Below are positions 8,373 to 14,286 of a DNA stretch of 27,337 nt, piece by piece; positions within the stretch are counted from its first letter, which is position 1; each line of letters begins with the position of its first letter. The position numbers and the translations under genes were made by a program. A model generated the notes under the pieces. That model was not told the origin of the DNA. It worked only from the letters and a program-made list of their open reading frames with translations, and ran no database searches. This DNA comes from Chthonomonas calidirosea (lineage in GTDB: Bacteria > Armatimonadota > Fimbriimonadia > Fimbriimonadales > Fimbriimonadaceae), in assembly GCA_945859975.1 (NCBI GenBank), contig CAMAPH010000039.1, positions 1 to 27,337 on the forward strand, read 5' to 3'.

Positions 8373-9962
8373 ATGAAAACGCAAACGCAACTCGTTGCCC
8401 TCATATCAATTTTTACGCTTAGCCACACTGCCGTGGCTCAGGTCAAGTTCAACGCTCTCCCAGATCTTGGATTTGGAGGAGTAGCTTATGACGCCAATGA
8501 AGCCGGAACGATCGTCGGTCTCGCCGTTATTGACGCACATAACCGGCTTGAACCAGCGGTTTGGAACAGCAAGCTGGCCGCCCCGACGACTTTGCCAACC
8601 CTAGGGTTTGGCGGGTATGCGACTGCAGTTAGCGAGAGCGGAATTGTTGTCGGCAGCCGGTTTGCGGAAGCGGGTTCTGGAACCGTGCCAGTTCTCTGGC
8701 TAAACGGACAGTACCAAGAGTTGGAAACGCTTGGTGAGGGCGGCTGTGCTCTTGATGTTAATGATTCCGGTCAGGTTGTTGGCTATGTAAATGCCGCTGG
8801 CGGCAACTTGCCCGCAATCTGGGAAGGCGGAAAGCTTAGCGTGTTGCCGATATTGCCAATCGGCGCAGCGGGCGACATTCTCAACGGTTCGGCCAACAGC
8901 ATCAACGCGCTTGGTCACGTTGTAGGAACGGTCAAGGTTGCCTTCGGCTCCGATTCGTTGGCGCTGAAGTGGGTGAATAAGGAAGTCAGGCTTTCTGGAT
9001 TAACCGAATGGATCGAGACTCGCGGCCTAAAGGTTAACGCCGCTGGTGACGCCCTGATCAACGGGTACTTTGGACCAAATGGAACGTTTGCCCTTGCAAC
9101 TTTTTCTGCATCGGGCCAACCGACGACGCTTCCGGCCCCTTCGGAAGGCGCAACGGTTTGGGGAACCGGTTTTTCGTCTAGCGGCCTCGTTGTCGGCTTC
9201 TACCGAGAGCTCATTGCTGGCCCATCTGCACTGCGGCCCATCGCCTATCGAAATGGGGTCATCGAGCCGCTTGAGTTGCCAGCCGGCGCAATGTGGGCCT
9301 ATCCACTCAGCGTGACGGATGAAGGTACTGCGGTTGGATTCGCGTCAGATGGTGTCAGTGCAAACTCCACTCCTGGATACTGGAGCCTCGGTGGCGACGG
9401 CGATGTGGTCACCCTCACCCCAAGCACCGGTATGCCAGGAACGGAAGTGGTCTTCACCGCCACGGTGAAGCGCGGAAAAGGTGCGGTTTCGGGCCGACGC
9501 GTGCAGTTCCAGGTCAACCGAAAGGACATTGGTAACGGCACTTCGAGCACCACGGGCAAGGCGAAGATCAAGTACGTGATCCCCGCCGATGCGGCTCCGG
9601 GAACGCGAGAAGTGATGGCTAGCCTTGGCGGCGGTCGATACTCGCTGGCTCCGCTGACGGTGAACTGGGTAACTACGGTGGTCGCCGCTCACTCAACTTC
9701 CGGAAACAAGAACGCTCAGGTATCGATCACCGGAACGTTGCTCAACTCGATCACCAAGCGGCCGGTCGCCGGTCAGGTCGTAAGGTTTGTCTACAACGGA
9801 AAAACCTTCGCGGCCCGAACGACCGCTACCGGTGCCTACTCGATTCCGTTCACGGTGCCTGCCGCCGTTGCCTCGGGAACGACCTTGTCGGTTGAAGTGA
9901 AGTACGCCGGAAACGTGAATCACAAGGCCGCCGCCGCTAAGGCGTCGATTCGAGTGAATTAA
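8373..9962 (+). CDS. Secreted protein with HAF-like repeats (probable beta-propeller) and two C-terminal Ig-like domains
   Basis: Signal peptide 'MKTQTQLVALISIFTLSHTAVA'; about 7 repeats such as 'LPDLGFGGVAYDANEAGTIVG', 'LPTLGFGGYATAVSESGIVVG' and 'LETLGEGGCALDVNDSGQVVG'; T/V/G-rich beta-sandwich-like tail ending 'VKYAGNVNHKAA'; purine-rich RBS AAAGGAAAAG. Confidence 0.75.
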   Translation: MKTQTQLVALISIFTLSHTAVAQVKFNALPDLGFGGVAYDANEAGTIVGLAVIDAHNRLEPAVWNSKLAAPTTLPTLGFGGYATAVSESGIVVGSRFAEAGSGTVPVLWLNGQYQELETLGEGGCALDVNDSGQVVGYVNAAGGNLPAIWEGGKLSVLPILPIGAAGDILNGSANSINALGHVVGTVKVAFGSDSLALKWVNKEVRLSGLTEWIETRGLKVNAAGDALINGYFGPNGTFALATFSASGQPTTLPAPSEGATVWGTGFSSSGLVVGFYRELIAGPSALRPIAYRNGVIEPLELPAGAMWAYPLSVTDEGTAVGFASDGVSANSTPGYWSLGGDGDVVTLTPSTGMPGTEVVFTATVKRGKGAVSGRRVQFQVNRKDIGNGTSSTTGKAKIKYVIPADAAPGTREVMASLGGGRYSLAPLTVNWVTTVVAAHSTSGNKNAQVSITGTLLNSITKRPVAGQVVRFVYNGKTFAARTTATGAYSIPFTVPAAVASGTTLSVEVKYAGNVNHKAAAAKASIRVN

Positions 9963-11013
9963 GCGCACCCAGTACTTTCGGGGTTCCGAGCATCACGCTC
10001 GGGACCCCGACTTTTGTTTCCGGGGTGACGAAAACGCGGAGATGACTCCGAGAGTTTGCGGCTTCGATGGCCTCATTGATTTCCAGCAAAGAGAAAACGG
10101 GGCCGAGTTCGAACGGTTTTGGGAATCGCGCCTGGAATGAGGGCGCAGTTTGAAGTGCCGTTTCTAGGTAGATCGGATGGTAGTTGTGGTATCCGCGAAT
10201 GGTCCAGCATCGGCGGATGATGTCCTCGGCGGACAGGCCGAGTTGTGATTCTGGGTGGACTAGCCCAGCGAGCCGCAGTTCTCCGCCGGGGCGCAGCAAA
10301 GGATAACTCCAAGGCAGAAGTTCTGATGAACCGGCGGCCTCGACGATAAGTCCCACCGCATCGGTGGTGGAACTCAAAAGTTTGAACCCGGCCGATAGTG
10401 CGGTGCGGAGCCGAGCATCGGACTTTTCAAGAATTTCGACCTCCCAACCGATGGATTCAAGTAGATGTGCACAGTACAGCCCGAGCAGGCCAGCTCCCAA
10501 AACGAGGGCGCGCTCGGGCCTGGGGAGATCAGCGGTGAGTTGACACGCGGTTGCCAGAGCGCAGTTTGCGGTTGCCGCAAGTTGGGGGTGTAGCTTGATT
10601 GGGACCGACTGGATCATCGTTCCCTTTTGCAAGAGAATATGAGTCCCATACGTGCCGCTTGGCCCGGGTCCATCGTGGCCGTACTTTCGGACGTTTTGGC
10701 ACTTTTGGGGAAGATCGTAAACGTCACATGCCGGGCAAGTTCCGCAGATGTCCACGAGGCTCCAGGTGACGCGGTCGCCGACGCGCACTGTATTGCGGGC
10801 GGACTGAGCAACGCGACCCACTCCTTCATGCCCCATCGTGGTGTGGATCCTTTCTGACCGCGTGCCGCTAAGGGTGTGCAAGTCGCTGCCGCAGATCGCG
10901 GCAAGTTCGATAAAAACAAGAACTTCGCCATCGTCCAACTTGCTGGGCAACGGTACTTCAGTTAGGTGCAGCGGTAGGCGCGGACCCATATATTGAGCGC
11001 AGATTGCCGTCAT
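9937..11013 (-). CDS. Zinc-binding (MDR) alcohol dehydrogenase resembling the phosphonate-catabolism-associated HpnZ-type family
   Basis: 'ICGSDLH', 'GHEGVG', structural Zn 'CGTCPAC...PQKC', 'KYGH', Rossmann 'GAGLLG' and 'IRGYHNY'. ATGA overlap with phnE. Confidence 0.8.
   Translation of the reverse strand: MTAICAQYMGPRLPLHLTEVPLPSKLDDGEVLVFIELAAICGSDLHTLSGTRSERIHTTMGHEGVGRVAQSARNTVRVGDRVTWSLVDICGTCPACDVYDLPQKCQNVRKYGHDGPGPSGTYGTHILLQKGTMIQSVPIKLHPQLAATANCALATACQLTADLPRPERALVLGAGLLGLYCAHLLESIGWEVEILEKSDARLRTALSAGFKLLSSTTDAVGLIVEAAGSSELLPWSYPLLRPGGELRLAGLVHPESQLGLSAEDIIRRCWTIRGYHNYHPIYLETALQTAPSFQARFPKPFELGPVFSLLEINEAIEAANSRSHLRVFVTPETKVGVPSVMLGTPKVLGALNSLESTP
9978..10019 (+). terminator. Rho-independent terminator of the 8373-9962 gene
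   Basis: Stem TCGGGGTTCCGAGC / GCTCGGGACCCCGA (14 bp, one G-U pair), 5-nt loop, then CTTTTGTTT, starting 15 nt after the stop codon. Confidence 0.8.
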
Positions 11014-11774
11014 TGCAACCTCCGCTGAATCTGGTTTGAAATGACATCCACGATGAGGATCAGACCCACGATGAGCACCATTACAGTGGCGGCTCGACCG
11101 GTGTTGAAAGTTCGAAGACTCGTGAGCAAATCGACGCCGATGCCGCCCGCGCCGACAACGCCGAGGGTGGTTGCCACGCGGATGTTGCGGTCGGCGATGT
11201 AGAGCGTGGTGCTCGCAAACTCGCGTCCGATGCTGGGCCAGGCGGCGAAGCGGATGACCTGGAACCGCGTTGCGCCGCAGGCTCGGACGCCTTCGTAGGT
11301 TCCTTCCGGCACTCTCTCCATCGCGTCGGCGAGAGCCTTGGCAACGAAGCCGGTGCTATGGATACCGATGGCGAGCGCACCGGCCATCGGACCGAGGCCG
11401 ATTCCTTGGGTGAATAGGAGCGCTATGAGAGCGTCTGGAAGGGCCCGGAAAACGTTCAGAAGCTCTCGCGAGCCTCGGAACGCAAAGCGGTTTGGAGCCA
11501 GATTTCGCGCGGCGAAGATGGTGAGCGGAACGGCGAGGAGGAGGTTGATGACGGTGCCCCAGATTCCGACGACCAAGGTTTCACCGAGTCGGCCGAAGAG
11601 GCGTGGCAGGTCCTGCCAATCGGGTTGGGAGTACCGGGCGAGGGCTGGTCCGCCTTCGTTTAGGATCGAGTTCAGGGTGCCGAGGTTTAGGCCCAGACTG
11701 GCCGAGCCGAGAACTCCGGCCAGCGCGATGAGACCGGTGATCCACCAAACATGAGACTTCGGCCGTGGTTTCAA
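11010..11774 (-). CDS. phnE: Phosphonate-type ABC transporter permease
   Basis: 'RALPD', 'GLGPMAGALAIGIHSTG', EAA-like loop 'EGVRACGA', and 'NIRVATTLGVVGAGGIG'. TTG start overlaps the upstream stop. Confidence 0.9.
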   Translation of the reverse strand: MKPRPKSHVWWITGLIALAGVLGSASLGLNLGTLNSILNEGGPALARYSQPDWQDLPRLFGRLGETLVVGIWGTVINLLLAVPLTIFAARNLAPNRFAFRGSRELLNVFRALPDALIALLFTQGIGLGPMAGALAIGIHSTGFVAKALADAMERVPEGTYEGVRACGATRFQVIRFAAWPSIGREFASTTLYIADRNIRVATTLGVVGAGGIGVDLLTSLRTFNTGRAATVMVLIVGLILIVDVISNQIQRRLQ

Positions 11775-12544
11775 TGGAGCCTCCGGCGGATCTGGCTTGA
11801 GGCGACGTCGATCGCAGCGACGATGAGATAGATGGAGACGATGAGCAGGCCAAGTCGATCGAACTGGAAGAGCTTGACGGCTTGGCTGATGTCGTAGCCG
11901 ATCCCTCCCGCTCCGAGAGCGCCAATGATCGCGGAGGCGCGGATGTTGACGTCGAACGAGTAAAGCGAAAGACCGACGAAATCTGGCAACGCCTGAGGAA
12001 CGGCGCCGATGGTACGGATTCCCGTCCAGTCGGCGCCGGCGGCGGTGATGCCTTCAACCGGTTTGCGATCAACAACGTCGAGGCTTTCCGCAAAGGTTTT
12101 CACCAAGAAGCCGACCGTCGTGAGGAACAAGGCGACCACGCCGGCGATCGGTCCGAGGCCGATGGATGACGCCAGAAGTAGGGCCAACATCAGCTCGGGG
12201 AACGCCCGCAGAACGGCGACGATTCCACGAATCCCAGCTCCGAGAATCTTGTTCGATGTGAACCTTTGGGAAGCGAAAAAGCAGATGGGGAACGAGATCA
12301 GGATTGCCCAAAAGGTGGCGACGAACGCCATAAGGACGGTTTCCCAAAGTCTCGGCCCGAGCTTTGGTGCGTAGTCCCAGTTCGGGGCGACCGCGAAGCG
12401 ACCGAGGAACGAAAACAGGTTTCCGAGGTTTCGGCCGGGGTCCAGCTGGATTAGCGGGTAGGTCGCGGCTAGGAAGACGACCACCAGCGAAGTGCCAGCA
12501 ATGGTGCCGACCCTCGGTGCGCGGTTCGGGGTAACGCACCTCAC
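11771..12544 (-). CDS. phnE: Phosphonate-type ABC transporter permease
   Basis: 'RAFPEL', 'GLGPIAG', 'KTFAESLD', 'VPQALP' and 'FDVNIRASAIIGALGAGGIG'. GTG start overlaps the phnC stop. Confidence 0.9.
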   Translation of the reverse strand: MRCVTPNRAPRVGTIAGTSLVVVFLAATYPLIQLDPGRNLGNLFSFLGRFAVAPNWDYAPKLGPRLWETVLMAFVATFWAILISFPICFFASQRFTSNKILGAGIRGIVAVLRAFPELMLALLLASSIGLGPIAGVVALFLTTVGFLVKTFAESLDVVDRKPVEGITAAGADWTGIRTIGAVPQALPDFVGLSLYSFDVNIRASAIIGALGAGGIGYDISQAVKLFQFDRLGLLIVSIYLIVAAIDVASSQIRRRLH

Positions 12545-13275
12545 GCGGCATACAGGGCCGCGATTTGGTCCTCTCCCAAGTCAGATGGCTTCGAATCGAA
12601 CTGAACCACCCCGCGTTTGATGCCGATGATGCGCTCGCCGTACTTCAGCGCGAGGTCCACCTGGTGAAGATTTAAGATCAGACTGCAGCCGGTTTCTTTC
12701 GCGATCTTGACGAGGATGTCCATGATCTCGATGCTCGTTGCCGGGTCGAGGGAGGCCACGGGTTCATCGGCGAGGATCACCGCGCCTTGCTGCACGACGG
12801 TGCGGGCAATCGCGACTCGCTGCTGCTGACCACCGCTTAGCTTGTCCACCCGGTCCCAGGCCCGATCGGCCAAACCCACCGCCGTCAGGGCTTTCTCGGC
12901 GAGTTCGAAATCGCTGGCGGGAAAGGTGAAAAAGAGGCTCGTCCAGATGTTTCGGTAGGCAAGCCGACCGCAGAGGACATTTGCCATCACCGACAAACGC
13001 GGTACGAGATTGAACTGTTGAAACACCATGCCAGCGCGTTTTCGAACCGCGCGGTGGTTGGCGGGGGTGACGGCGAGATCACCGACGCTGACGGTGCCGG
13101 TCGTGGGTGATTCTAAGCCGTTGATGATGCGCAGGAGCGTGCTCTTTCCCGCGCCGCTCGGGCCGAGGACGACGGCGACTTGCCCGGGAAAGAACTCAAG
13201 GTTGACCTCGTTTAGGGCGGTAACGCCGTTCGGAAAGCGCTTTGTGACGTTTCCGAACCGGACAATAGGCTGCAT
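12541..13275 (-). CDS. phnC: Phosphonate-type ABC transporter ATP-binding protein
   Basis: Walker A 'GPSGAGKS', 'FQQFNLV', signature 'LSGGQQQRVAIAR', 'ILADEPVASLDP' and 'NLHQVDLA'. Confidence 0.92.
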   Translation of the reverse strand: MQPIVRFGNVTKRFPNGVTALNEVNLEFFPGQVAVVLGPSGAGKSTLLRIINGLESPTTGTVSVGDLAVTPANHRAVRKRAGMVFQQFNLVPRLSVMANVLCGRLAYRNIWTSLFFTFPASDFELAEKALTAVGLADRAWDRVDKLSGGQQQRVAIARTVVQQGAVILADEPVASLDPATSIEIMDILVKIAKETGCSLILNLHQVDLALKYGERIIGIKRGVVQFDSKPSDLGEDQIAALYAA

Positions 13276-13277
13276 TT

Positions 13278-14210
13278 CTACTTCGCCATTTCTTTGGCGC
13301 TTAGGCCGAGGGTGTTGGCCAGTTTTTCGATGGGTTCGTAGGCGGCCTGAGTGATCGGGACGAACTTGACGATTTCACCTTGGCCGGGAACGTTCATCAT
13401 CACGCCCTTCTCGTGCATGCCGAGGAGGCTTTCGGTGACCTTCTTTGCGAGCGTCGGGTCGAGGCCCTTTCGCATTCCAAAAGGTGATGCCGGGATCGGG
13501 TCGCTGGTCCAGATGATGCGAACATCCGCAGCTTTGAGCTGACCCTTTTGGATGAACGAGTCGTAGGTGATGTCTTGGATGCCGCAGGCATCGACGCTTC
13601 CTCCCTGCAGGGCGAGCAGAGCCGCATCGTGGGAGCCAGCGTACGTGACTTCTCCGAGGACATCTTCTGCCTTCCGCTTCGTCGCTTTAAGAATCGCAAA
13701 GCGAGGAAGGAGGTTGCCGCTCGTGGAGCCAGGGTCGACCAGCGCCAGTTTCTTACCTTCAAGGCCGTCGACCGAAGTGACAGGGGAATCGGCCTTAACC
13801 AGGATCATCGATTTATAGCTTTCGCCTTTGCCCTTGACCATCGGAATGGCGAAGGCAGATGCTTCCGCTTGCTGTTTCGCGAGAACCATGGAGAGCGGGC
13901 CGTACCAGGCGATGTCGACTTTTCCAGCGCGCATGGATTCGATCGCGCTGGTGTAGTCCGTCAGGCGGAGTAGGTTCACCTTCATACCGAGGTCCTTCTC
14001 CATTTGGGCTCGGATCGGTTCGAATCCTTCGGCCATGGCTTCGGCGTCTTCCGATGGAACGAGCGCGAAGTTGAGCTCGGTTTGGGTGGCCGTTGGCTTA
14101 TTGCCTTCGGGAGCCTTTGCATCTTCGGAGCTACCGGACGCGCAGCCGAAAAGGGCGGCGATGGAAGCCGCGCCTAGAACGAGGGCGCAAATCAGTTTTC
14201 CGGTTTTCAT
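13278..14210 (-). CDS. phnD: Phosphate/phosphite/phosphonate ABC transporter substrate-binding lipoprotein
   Basis: Lipobox 'LFGC'; 'DYTSAIESMRAGKVDIAWYGP', 'DPGSTSG', 'GSHDA' and 'IWTSDPIP'. Confidence 0.9.
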   Translation of the reverse strand: MKTGKLICALVLGAASIAALFGCASGSSEDAKAPEGNKPTATQTELNFALVPSEDAEAMAEGFEPIRAQMEKDLGMKVNLLRLTDYTSAIESMRAGKVDIAWYGPLSMVLAKQQAEASAFAIPMVKGKGESYKSMILVKADSPVTSVDGLEGKKLALVDPGSTSGNLLPRFAILKATKRKAEDVLGEVTYAGSHDAALLALQGGSVDACGIQDITYDSFIQKGQLKAADVRIIWTSDPIPASPFGMRKGLDPTLAKKVTESLLGMHEKGVMMNVPGQGEIVKFVPITQAAYEPIEKLANTLGLSAKEMAK

Positions 14211-14220
14211 AGTTCGAAGC

Positions 14221-14229
14221 GTTATAGCA
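14221..14229 (-). promoter_or_regulatory. Extended -10-like element (TGcTATAAC) for the phn operon
   Basis: Lies 10 nt upstream of the phnD ATG; no SD between the element and the start. Confidence 0.45.
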
Positions 14230-14271
14230 GGCGAATGTTAAGAAATCAGTCTCGCCCAACGGCCAGAAAAT

Positions 14272-14280
14272 TGTTAGACT
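14272..14280 (+). promoter_or_regulatory. Extended -10 element (TGtTAGACT), leaderless-type promoter of the fucosidase
   Basis: Exactly 6 nt before the GTG at 14287; no SD. Confidence 0.55.
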
Positions 14281-14286
14281 GCAAAC

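Noticed and set aside
9937..14210. ptxABCD phosphite oxidation operon
   Set aside because: The dehydrogenase is a Zn-MDR rather than a PtxD fold, there are two permeases, and the binding protein appears to lack the Tyr cap.
14211..14286. Possible Pho box upstream of phnD (TAAC-containing words on the minus strand)
   Set aside because: The words are about 16 and 36 nt apart, not the 11-nt period expected of PhoB/PhoP boxes; two coincide with -10 elements.
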